Part shown: positions 39,106-47,372 of the stretch, in pieces
Layout of the letters: each line of letters starts with the position of its first letter
Numbering within the stretch: position 1 is the stretch's first letter
Origin: Chloroflexota bacterium
Lineage (GTDB): Bacteria; Chloroflexota; Anaerolineae; JAAEKA01
Direction of reading: 5' to 3'
NCBI GenBank assembly: GCA_034717495.1
Contig: JAYELL010000025.1
Span: forward strand, 25,900-89,899
DNA: 64,000 bases
The notes under the pieces: generated by a model
What the model was told of the DNA's origin: nothing
The model's input: the letters and a program-made list of their open reading frames with translations, nothing else
Database searches by the model: none
Made by a program: the position numbers and the translations under genes

Positions 39106-40815
39106 ATGACTGAAAAAGACCAACTGAAGCGCAATCTGGGTACTCGCCGGATGCCTGCACTGCGCCCGTCCAGTTTTCCTGATGCCGGTGCCATCGTGGA
39201 GACACTGACCTCGTCAGCACGTCCCCCGGTCGGTGTAGATATTCTGCTCGTCAACCCACCATCACCCGATGGTGGGATATGGATCCGCAGCCAGCATCGG
39301 GTAGGCCGACGCAGCCGGGAGAACATGATATGGCCTCAGATCGGTCTTGCTCAAATGGCTGCCTTGTTGGCCCCAGACTATACTGTCGAGGTCGTTGATG
39401 CCATCGCGAGCAGGATGTCCTGGCAGGAATTCGAACGTTTGCTGGAAGAAAAATATCCCAGGTATTACCTTACTCAGGTTACGGCGCCGACGTTGCGCAA
39501 CGATATGTATGGTGTCTTTCTGGCCAAATCCTTGGGGTCTCAGACGATTGCGTTCGGAACCCACGTCACGCCCATGACCCTCGAGACCATGCGCCCTTTT
39601 CCTGCGCTGGACTTCATTCTGCGCGGCGAACCGGAGGCCACACTACGCGAACTACTGGATACTTTGCAGGATCAGGAACCCAGTGACCCTCACGTCGCCA
39701 AGATGGTGGAAGACACCAGGTTGGCCAGAGGCACCACGGCACGCAAGACCAGGGACAGCGACCTGGAGCTGCAGTTGTCACCGTTCGCGCCTGCCACACT
39801 TGAACGAATAGGGAAGGCAACGACGGCATCGGCCATGGAGTCGCCGCTTGCCGGTATTCTGGGCCTTGCATGGCGGTATGATAATGAGATCATAATCAAC
39901 CGGGATCGCCCCTTTTTTCCCGATCTGGACGATCTGCCCATGCCACTGCACCATCTGTTGCCATATGAAAAGCAGCATATGCCGATGCTGAAGGGCCCAT
40001 TTACGTTCATCGTGACCAGCCGCGGCTGCCCTGCAGGTTGTAAATATTGCATCAAACATGTGTCGTACCAGAACAGCGTTCGCCTGCGCTCGCCAGAGAA
40101 GCTATACGAAGAACTGGTTATCCTTTCAGAACTGGGGATTCACAATGTTCATATGTACGCCGATCTGTTCACGGTCAGCCGCGAGCAAGTTGTAACTTTG
40201 TGCAATCTCATCATCGAAAATGGCTTGAAGGTGACCTGGACCTGCAACAGCCGTGTCGACTTCGTTGACGCGGAAATGTTGCAACTGATGGGGCAAGCCG
40301 GGTGCTTCATGATTTCCTGGGGAATCGAAAGCGCCAATGAGGAGATATTGAAACGGGCTCGCAAGGGCTATCGCAAGGAACAGGCCTACGATGCACTTGT
40401 GTGGGCCAGAGAAGCCGGAATCAAGAATTGGGGCTATTTCATCATTGGACTGCCCGGTGAAACCGAGGAGTCGATCCAGGAAACGATCACGTACAGCAAA
40501 ATGCTGCCCCTTGACATCGCCCTGTTCCACATTGCGGCACCCTATCCTGGCACCCCTTTCTTCTACGATGTGGTGGAGAATGGTTGGTTTCGACCGGGTA
40601 CCAAGTGGGAGGAGGTCGACATGGATCAGTCTACCGTGCTCGACTATAGTAATCTGTCGGCTGAAAGGCTCGAGTATTGGCAGAAGCGTGCCACGCGGGA
40701 ATGGTCCTTCAGGCCGGGCCCGATGTGGACCTTTGTTAAAGGCCTCAATAGCTGGGAGGGGTTCAAGAGCGCCATGAGTATCGGCGTTCAGACGCTTAAG
40801 TACGTATGGAGCTAG
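39106..40815 (+). CDS. B12-binding domain radical SAM enzyme
   Basis: N-terminal cobalamin-binding-like domain (ILLVNPP...), radical SAM CxxxCxxC (TSRGCPAGCKYC); stop 2 nt before next gene. Confidence 0.8.
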   Translation: MTEKDQLKRNLGTRRMPALRPSSFPDAGAIVETLTSSARPPVGVDILLVNPPSPDGGIWIRSQHRVGRRSRENMIWPQIGLAQMAALLAPDYTVEVVDAIASRMSWQEFERLLEEKYPRYYLTQVTAPTLRNDMYGVFLAKSLGSQTIAFGTHVTPMTLETMRPFPALDFILRGEPEATLRELLDTLQDQEPSDPHVAKMVEDTRLARGTTARKTRDSDLELQLSPFAPATLERIGKATTASAMESPLAGILGLAWRYDNEIIINRDRPFFPDLDDLPMPLHHLLPYEKQHMPMLKGPFTFIVTSRGCPAGCKYCIKHVSYQNSVRLRSPEKLYEELVILSELGIHNVHMYADLFTVSREQVVTLCNLIIENGLKVTWTCNSRVDFVDAEMLQLMGQAGCFMISWGIESANEEILKRARKGYRKEQAYDALVWAREAGIKNWGYFIIGLPGETEESIQETITYSKMLPLDIALFHIAAPYPGTPFFYDVVENGWFRPGTKWEEVDMDQSTVLDYSNLSAERLEYWQKRATREWSFRPGPMWTFVKGLNSWEGFKSAMSIGVQTLKYVWS

Positions 40816-40816
40816 C

Positions 40817-42526
40817 TTGAGTCATCAATACGGCGATCCAACCCTGGGCGATGGCGTTGGGCCACACTCGCCGGTCACTCTCTTTCGGCCACTGCCACTG
40901 CTCATTTCGGGGGGCTTGATCATTAGCGCTTTGATAGGTGTTTGGGCAGCCTACGACCGGGAACAAGCCTGGATGCGGTTCTCGCTCATCTCCATCGGTG
41001 TGGCACTGATGCTCGGCATTGCCTGGATGGGTTGGCGGGGACGAATGGATATACTGGGCATCTTTGGCCTGCTCTGTGCACTGCTTGGGGCAGCAATCGG
41101 TGCCTATTTCCTTCTGACCTTCGACTGGGCGGGCAATCAGGGAAAATTTGCGCCGATCCAAGCGGCAGGCCTCTGGCTTCAGGTCCATCGCCCCGCAATC
41201 CCGGTTCCCGAGGATATCAACGCCAATGTGGCTGGTAGCAGTCTGGCGATTCTTCTTCCACTGGGGGCTGTGGGCCTTTTCTGGGGATGGAGTCGCGACA
41301 AGCGTACCGTGGCGATCATCGCTGCCCTGTCGTTGCTCTTCGGGTTTCTGATTCTATTCCTGACGCAGTCCCGAGCAGCCTGGCTCGGACTGGCAGCCGG
41401 CCTGGCTGTGGCCCTCTACCTGGCAGTGCGACCAGGCCTGGAAAACTTCCCGCGCCGGCGTCTGCTGTTGGACCTGGTTGCTTTGGCAGGGGGGCTTCTT
41501 GTCCTTGTCCTCTTCTGGCTGGTGGCATCGAGCCCCACTCTTGCCGAATCGTTGGGCTCGATCGGCGTTGGTGTCAGCCTCACCAATCGCGCCGAGCTCT
41601 GGCGCGACGGGATGAACCTGGTAGCAGATTACCCCTTCACGGGCAGCGGCCTGGGCAGCACCATGATGGTCTACTCCACCTATGGACGGTTGTTGCATGT
41701 CGGATTTATCACCCATATGCACAATCTGTTCTTGCAGATCACCATCGAGCAGGGAATACCCGGGCTTCTTTTTTTTCTGCTGTTGCTTGTCCTGGCCTGG
41801 TGGAGTCTGCTAAGCGCCTACCGGTCGGGTGAAAACCGCTGCTTCTGCGTACCGGTGGCAGCATCCTTGGTCGCCCTGGTGGTGCAAGGCCTTGTCGACG
41901 TTGGTATTTATGCCAGCTACGCGCTTCCGGTTCTTTTCTTGCCCATCGGGTTTGCACTGGCCCTGGGGCAGCCACCCAGGGTACTCCGGCGAAGCAAGAA
42001 TGTCACCCTGGCACTGACGAGTGTATCGATCATCGTCGTGGCAATGTGTGTAGTGTTGATTGTACCTTCCAGTCAGGCTGCATTGCAAGCCAATCTGGGC
42101 GCCGTTGCCCAAACACAGCGGGAACTCTCCGCTTACAGCTGGCCCGAGTGGCCCATTCAGGATGCCCTCAGGCGCTCACCTGATATTGACCTGTCAGCTG
42201 CAATTGCCCGATACAAAGCAGCACTTGATCGTGATCCAAAGAATGCAACCGGCAACCGGCGACTGGGGCAGATTGAGCTTTCAAGAGGCAGGTATGAAGC
42301 GGCCCGATGGTACCTGGAAGCAGCGTATGCGACATCACCTCGTCAATCGGTGACCCGGCATCTGCTGGGCGAGGTATATGCCATCGATGGCGATCTGGAC
42401 CTGGCAACGTCCTTTCTTCGCAGCGTCGACATCGGCCATGGCCAGTTTCAGACCAGGGTATGGTGGTACGAAACTGTCGGCGAGACTGAAGGAGCTCAGC
42501 GGTTACGGGAAGCTGGCGGGTTTTGA
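40817..42526 (+). CDS. WaaL/O-antigen-ligase-family (Wzy_C) membrane protein with C-terminal TPR domain
   Basis: ~11 TM with LTQSRAAWLGLAAGLAVALYL Wzy_C block; C-terminal soluble TPR-like repeats. Confidence 0.7.
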   Translation: MSHQYGDPTLGDGVGPHSPVTLFRPLPLLISGGLIISALIGVWAAYDREQAWMRFSLISIGVALMLGIAWMGWRGRMDILGIFGLLCALLGAAIGAYFLLTFDWAGNQGKFAPIQAAGLWLQVHRPAIPVPEDINANVAGSSLAILLPLGAVGLFWGWSRDKRTVAIIAALSLLFGFLILFLTQSRAAWLGLAAGLAVALYLAVRPGLENFPRRRLLLDLVALAGGLLVLVLFWLVASSPTLAESLGSIGVGVSLTNRAELWRDGMNLVADYPFTGSGLGSTMMVYSTYGRLLHVGFITHMHNLFLQITIEQGIPGLLFFLLLLVLAWWSLLSAYRSGENRCFCVPVAASLVALVVQGLVDVGIYASYALPVLFLPIGFALALGQPPRVLRRSKNVTLALTSVSIIVVAMCVVLIVPSSQAALQANLGAVAQTQRELSAYSWPEWPIQDALRRSPDIDLSAAIARYKAALDRDPKNATGNRRLGQIELSRGRYEAARWYLEAAYATSPRQSVTRHLLGEVYAIDGDLDLATSFLRSVDIGHGQFQTRVWWYETVGETEGAQRLREAGGF

Positions 42527-42626
42527 CATCGGCATGGCCCTGGAATTTGATCATTTTGGCATTGGAGACTATCATGAGGGTTCGTGATGTATCTAGCATC
42601 TTGTGATGGCGAAAAAACTACTGGCT

Positions 42627-42656
42627 TTCGCAAGCGACCTGGTGGGTTGCTAACAT
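42627..42656 (+). promoter_or_regulatory. candidate promoter TTCGCA-N18-TAACAT abutting sulfotransferase ATG (leaderless start?)
   Basis: -10 hexamer ends 1 nt before ATG 42657; no SD. Confidence 0.3.
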
Positions 42657-43307
42657 ATGAAAAAACTATTCAGAAACCTTAGAAAATCCAAGCCTTCCTT
42701 GCCTGTGATCGTCGTTTCCGGTTTGCCTCGATCTGGAACGTCGATGATGATGAAAATGTTGGAAGCAGGTGGCCTGACGGTGGTAACCGACCAGATTCGT
42801 ACCGCGGACGAGGATAATCCAAAGGGATACTATGAGTTCGAACGGGTAAAACAGCTTGATAAGGGTGATACATCATGGGTATCCGACGCGCAGGGAAAAG
42901 TGGTCAAAGTAATCTCGGCCTTGTTGGAACACCTGCCACCTGACTATGACTACAACGTAATCTTCCTGCAGCGCAGTATCGAGGAAGTTTTGGCATCCCA
43001 GAAGAGAATGCTGGAACGTCGCGGGGAACCAACCGATCGGGTAAGTGATGAGGAGATGGCCCGCTTGTTTGCCAAGCACACTCAGAAAGTGGATCTGTGG
43101 TTAAACAGTCAGCCGAATATCTCAGTTCTCTATGTAGATTACAACGAGGTGGTGAGTAACCCCCATCAATCCGTAGGTCAGGCGAATCGATTCCTGGGCG
43201 GGCATTTGGATGAGCAAGCGATGATCTCAGCTGTCGATCCTCAACTCTATCGAAATCGGGCAAACCTGAACCAAATCTCAACTCGAGAAGACTCATTGTC
43301 AAAATGA
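42657..43307 (+). CDS. sulfotransferase-family protein (Sulfotransfer_3-like)
   Basis: 5'-PSB-like VVSGLPRSGTSMM near N-terminus, later RSIEEV.. 3'-PB-like block; soluble 216 aa; stop overlaps next start (ATGA). Confidence 0.6.
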   Translation: MKKLFRNLRKSKPSLPVIVVSGLPRSGTSMMMKMLEAGGLTVVTDQIRTADEDNPKGYYEFERVKQLDKGDTSWVSDAQGKVVKVISALLEHLPPDYDYNVIFLQRSIEEVLASQKRMLERRGEPTDRVSDEEMARLFAKHTQKVDLWLNSQPNISVLYVDYNEVVSNPHQSVGQANRFLGGHLDEQAMISAVDPQLYRNRANLNQISTREDSLSK

Positions 43308-43696
43308 ACCAACAGCTTCTGTCGTCATTGTGGCTGATCCTGGTGTCCACGATAGCTGGGGTAGCCGGTCAGGTTTCGCTCAAGCTGGGCATGAGCCAGC
43401 CGGGCGCTGAGGAGACGGTCTCAGAGGGTGTGTTGTCTCTGATAGCTTTGATTCTGCGCACTCCCCTGGTGTGGCTCGGACTGATGTTTTACGGGATAGG
43501 AGCGCTTGCCTGGATCGCCGTCTTGTCTCGTCTGGATCTTAGCGTGGCATACCCCTTTCTTGCCTTAAACTTTGTGTTGATTACTATCATATCCCGCCTG
43601 TTCCTTGGCGAGACTGTGCCCCTCCTTCGATGGGCAGGGATCGGTGTAATCGTAGTTGGTATTCTTCTGGTGGCGCGCAGCACTACGGCGTCATAA
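43304..43696 (+). CDS. 4-TM SMR/EamA-like flippase subunit (ArnE/ArnF/GtrA-like)
   Basis: 130 aa, 4 TM, EamA-like signature (LALNFVLITIISRLFLGE). Confidence 0.6.
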   Translation: MNQQLLSSLWLILVSTIAGVAGQVSLKLGMSQPGAEETVSEGVLSLIALILRTPLVWLGLMFYGIGALAWIAVLSRLDLSVAYPFLALNFVLITIISRLFLGETVPLLRWAGIGVIVVGILLVARSTTAS

Positions 43697-45233
43697 AAAC
43701 AAAGTGCACGAATCGCTTAGAAAACGCCACAACCGCTCCAAAGCTGGTACTTTGGTTTCCCTTTGTCTGCTGCTGGCAATTGCCGTGCCCTGGCTGGCTG
43801 GCACTGCCAAGGTATCGGCTGACCAACCAGTGATCTGGTCCAAACCGGTCAACTTATCCCAATCGGACGAGAGCTCGGTTCACCCGGCCATTGTCGCCGA
43901 CAGCATGGGGAATATCCACCTCTTTTGGAGTGAAGAGGTGGGTGGGGAACCGATGCTGCAGGACGAAATGGCCCGGCCTGGTAATACGATCCTCTATACT
44001 CGCTGGGACGGCCAATCATGGATCGAACCAAGGGATGTTCTGTACGTGCGGGGTGAATACCTTGGTGACTATGTTTCGGTCGCAATCGATGACAACAACC
44101 GGCTCCATGCAGTGTGGACGGGACTGGATAACATTTACTACAGTTCGGCGCCGGCGGCTGTAGCTGAGACAGCCCAGTCGTGGAGCAAACCGGTGGTGGT
44201 TGGAACCGGCAGCGCCCGCTCCGCCTTCGAGTCTGCTGTTGCTGTTGATTCACAAGGTGTTATTCATGTTGCCTATGGCGCCCGACGCGATGTGCCGGGA
44301 GTCAACTACGTGCAATCGAGCAACGGCGGCGAGACCTGGTCGGCGCCAGTGACATTGTCACTTCCCCTGGATCGTTTGGAGAGTGGCTATTCGCAGGTGC
44401 GCTTGGTGGTAGACAGTGCAGACCGAATCCATGCTACCTGGACAACCTTCCAGAGACAAGGCTTTGGCCAAGGTGTCTATCATAGTCGCAGCACAGATGG
44501 TGGTCTTACATGGAATACGCCCTACCGGCTCGCTTATCGAGAGGATGACGATATTTTCGTGGAGTGGCCCTATCTCACCGAGTTTGCCGACCAGGAACTG
44601 CGTGTGATCTTCACCGATGGTGATGGCAAGGGCCGGTTGCAGCGCATATCGACCGACGGGGGCGAAACCTGGGGTGAACCAACGGTCATCCTGACCGAAT
44701 TGGAAGGCATTAACGGCTATATCATTTCTCTGCTCGATGCCGCCGAGCAACCCCACTTGATCGCAAACATGCGTACCCGGTCTGACGGCACCGTCGGCCT
44801 GTTTTATGCCCCCGGCGCCGGGGGAGGCTGGCAACCGACTGTTCCGATCGCAACCGATCTACCCTACGGCCCCTCATCACACTATCCTGCAGCCGCCGTT
44901 CGCCTGGGCAATGAGATACACATCGTGTGGACCCAGTTGCGACGGGGTGAGATATGGCATATGAAGGGGGAGGTCTCCGGGGTTGAACCTCTTCCGGTGA
45001 TGGAGAGGCTTCCGCCACAAGAAGTTGTGCAGCCATCGCCTACGATTAGCATCTCTACACCAACCCCAGAACCGCTGGAAACGGTGGCACCATCCCGGGA
45101 GCGGGGCGTTGCCGGGCCGACGCCCGCGCCCGTTGCACCGCCATCGCCGCTCGGCGCAGTGCTACCCGGTATAACACTTTCGCTGCTCCTGGTGCTTGGT
45201 GTGATCGTTTGGAAGGGTGTTCGCGCCAGATAG
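43656..45233 (+). CDS. BNR/Asp-box repeat (sialidase-fold) exported protein with C-terminal TM anchor
   Basis: Asp-box repeats SNGGETWSAP, STDGGLTWNTP, STDGGETWGEP; signal peptide; C-terminal hydrophobic anchor; true start likely downstream of 43696 (non-ATG). Confidence 0.65.
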   Translation: MVFFWWRAALRRHKNKVHESLRKRHNRSKAGTLVSLCLLLAIAVPWLAGTAKVSADQPVIWSKPVNLSQSDESSVHPAIVADSMGNIHLFWSEEVGGEPMLQDEMARPGNTILYTRWDGQSWIEPRDVLYVRGEYLGDYVSVAIDDNNRLHAVWTGLDNIYYSSAPAAVAETAQSWSKPVVVGTGSARSAFESAVAVDSQGVIHVAYGARRDVPGVNYVQSSNGGETWSAPVTLSLPLDRLESGYSQVRLVVDSADRIHATWTTFQRQGFGQGVYHSRSTDGGLTWNTPYRLAYREDDDIFVEWPYLTEFADQELRVIFTDGDGKGRLQRISTDGGETWGEPTVILTELEGINGYIISLLDAAEQPHLIANMRTRSDGTVGLFYAPGAGGGWQPTVPIATDLPYGPSSHYPAAAVRLGNEIHIVWTQLRRGEIWHMKGEVSGVEPLPVMERLPPQEVVQPSPTISISTPTPEPLETVAPSRERGVAGPTPAPVAPPSPLGAVLPGITLSLLLVLGVIVWKGVRAR

Positions 45234-45251
45234 CGCGTTGAGGCATTACGG

Positions 45252-46031
45252 ATGCATCATTTCACTGAGCTGTTTGGGTATCGTGACCTGCTCTGGCTAT
45301 GGACCTTGCGAGAAGTCAGGGTACGGTATAAACAATCTTTCCTGGGCGTTGCCTGGGCGATCATTCAACCGCTGGCCCTGACTGTCGTCTTTACCGTCGT
45401 TTTTTCTTTTCTGCTTAAGATCGATACCGGGGATGTGCCCTATCCGGTTTTTGCCTATACTGGACTGGTCCCCTGGACGTTCTTTGCAACCTCGCTGGCT
45501 TTCGGGATTCCCAGCCTTGTCAACAATATGAATCTGGTCACAAAAATCTACTTTCCCCGGGAGATACTGCCCCTTGCCAGTATCGGAGCCGCCTTTGTAG
45601 ATTTTCTGATCGCCTGCGCGATTCTGGCCGGGTTGATGTTGATTTATCGGGTCTTTCCAGGAATCGAGGCCTTGTGGCTCGGCCCGCTGCTCTTGCTGCA
45701 GATCATTCTGAGTATCGGTGTGATTTTGCTGGGCGCTGCGCTCATTGTGTTCTTCCGCGATATTCGTTTCGTCGTACCCTTATTGACGCAGGTCTGGATG
45801 TATGCTACGCCAATCATCTACCCGGTGGATTTCGTACCTGAACAGTTGCGACCCTTCTATTTTCTGAATCCAATGGCCGGTATCATCGACGGATATCGAC
45901 GGGTGCTGATTTATGGTGAGGCGCCCAATATGCAAGCGCTGACATTGGCCACGATAGTGTCCGTGATACTGTTTGTGGTAGGATACCTGGTTTTCAAGCG
46001 AACAGAACCGGTATTTGCGGATATCATATGA
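45252..46031 (+). CDS. wzm: ABC-2 type polysaccharide exporter permease
   Basis: ABC-2 membrane protein (YKQSFLGVAWAIIQP...). Confidence 0.85.
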   Translation: MHHFTELFGYRDLLWLWTLREVRVRYKQSFLGVAWAIIQPLALTVVFTVVFSFLLKIDTGDVPYPVFAYTGLVPWTFFATSLAFGIPSLVNNMNLVTKIYFPREILPLASIGAAFVDFLIACAILAGLMLIYRVFPGIEALWLGPLLLLQIILSIGVILLGAALIVFFRDIRFVVPLLTQVWMYATPIIYPVDFVPEQLRPFYFLNPMAGIIDGYRRVLIYGEAPNMQALTLATIVSVILFVVGYLVFKRTEPVFADII

Positions 46032-47275
46032 CCGATCAACTTCCATTGGGGTCTGTAATTTGTGATAAGGTTTCCAAACGCTATCGACTGGGTGCGTTTG
46101 GATCATTGCGCGGCACGGTGTCATCCCTTTTCGAGCGGCGGAGTGAGGAAGAAGAGGCACAGCGTACTCTGTGGGCATTGCAGGATGTTAGCTTTCGGTT
46201 GCAGCCTGGCGAGTCACTGGGCTTGCTGGGTCCCAATGGTGCCGGAAAGACGACCACCCTGAAGCTCCTGTCGAAGATTACCAGGCCAACATCGGGCAAC
46301 ATTACACTGCTTGGGCGCTCCTCATCCTTAATCGAGTTGGGGGCGGGATTCCATCCGGAACTTACTGGCAAGGAGAATATCTTTCTGAATGGAGCGATTC
46401 TGGGATTGAGTCGCCACGAGATTCAACGGCGTCTTGATGAGATTATTGCATTCTCTGAATTGGAAAGGTTCATCGATACCCCTGTCAAACGTTACTCTTC
46501 AGGCATGTATGTCCGTCTTGGCTTTGCCGTGGCTGCCTACGTCGAGCCGAATGTGCTTCTGGTTGATGAAGTGTTGGCAGTGGGAGATATTAGCTTTCGG
46601 CAGCGCTGCATCAAACGAATGAAGGAGTTGCAGGAATCGGGCACGACAGTTATCTTTGTCTCTCACAACATGCATCTGGTTCGCAACATGTGTCAACGCT
46701 CGTTGCTCCTGGTTCATGGACAGATCCAGTCAGAGGGTCCCACAGATGATGTGATCGCAGACTATGAACGGCTAATCATGGGAACTGCCGAATTGGCGAA
46801 TGACAAGTCCCAGGACAAGGACCAGTCCCAGGTGTTGTCCGATGTCATTGTGCTGAATGTCGACGTAGCTCCCCTGACACCAAACGATAGGAACCTCATC
46901 GATTCGCATCAGTCTGGTGTAGTGACAATTCGTTACCGTACCCAGGCGCCCCGGGAAATCGGGCGTATCGATGTCCGCGTATTACGCGACGATGGCACAC
47001 TGTGTAGTTCACTTGATGCCAGGGCAGCCGCCAAAAACGATCCTCGATTCCGCCACCTGGATCGGGAAGGTTCGTTTGTCTTGACCTTTTCACCCATGCA
47101 GTTGACTTCAGGCACCTATTTCGTGCTCGTTCGTATTACCGACTCATCCGATGCCCTGGTTATCGCATCCGGACAATCCAAGTTATTTCAGGCCTACGCA
47201 GGCGACCTGCCTTCGCCGCCGGGGGTTTTTGTTCCCTCAGTTGCATGGGACGTCGGGAAAGAGAATCGAAGTTAG
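46028..47275 (+). CDS. wzt: polysaccharide exporter ATP-binding protein with C-terminal extension (Wzt)
   Basis: NBD (GPNGAGKTT, YSSGMYVRLGFA, LLVDEVLAVGD) plus ~170-aa beta-rich C-terminal extension. Confidence 0.8.
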   Translation: MTDQLPLGSVICDKVSKRYRLGAFGSLRGTVSSLFERRSEEEEAQRTLWALQDVSFRLQPGESLGLLGPNGAGKTTTLKLLSKITRPTSGNITLLGRSSSLIELGAGFHPELTGKENIFLNGAILGLSRHEIQRRLDEIIAFSELERFIDTPVKRYSSGMYVRLGFAVAAYVEPNVLLVDEVLAVGDISFRQRCIKRMKELQESGTTVIFVSHNMHLVRNMCQRSLLLVHGQIQSEGPTDDVIADYERLIMGTAELANDKSQDKDQSQVLSDVIVLNVDVAPLTPNDRNLIDSHQSGVVTIRYRTQAPREIGRIDVRVLRDDGTLCSSLDARAAAKNDPRFRHLDREGSFVLTFSPMQLTSGTYFVLVRITDSSDALVIASGQSKLFQAYAGDLPSPPGVFVPSVAWDVGKENRS

Positions 47276-47372
47276 TTGAAAATCCACAGCTTCAGGGGAA
47301 AGACTTTTCGTGACCCACGCAGGGTTTCGCGGAGTCTCGAAATCGGACAAACAGTTCCCGGGTGAGAATCGC

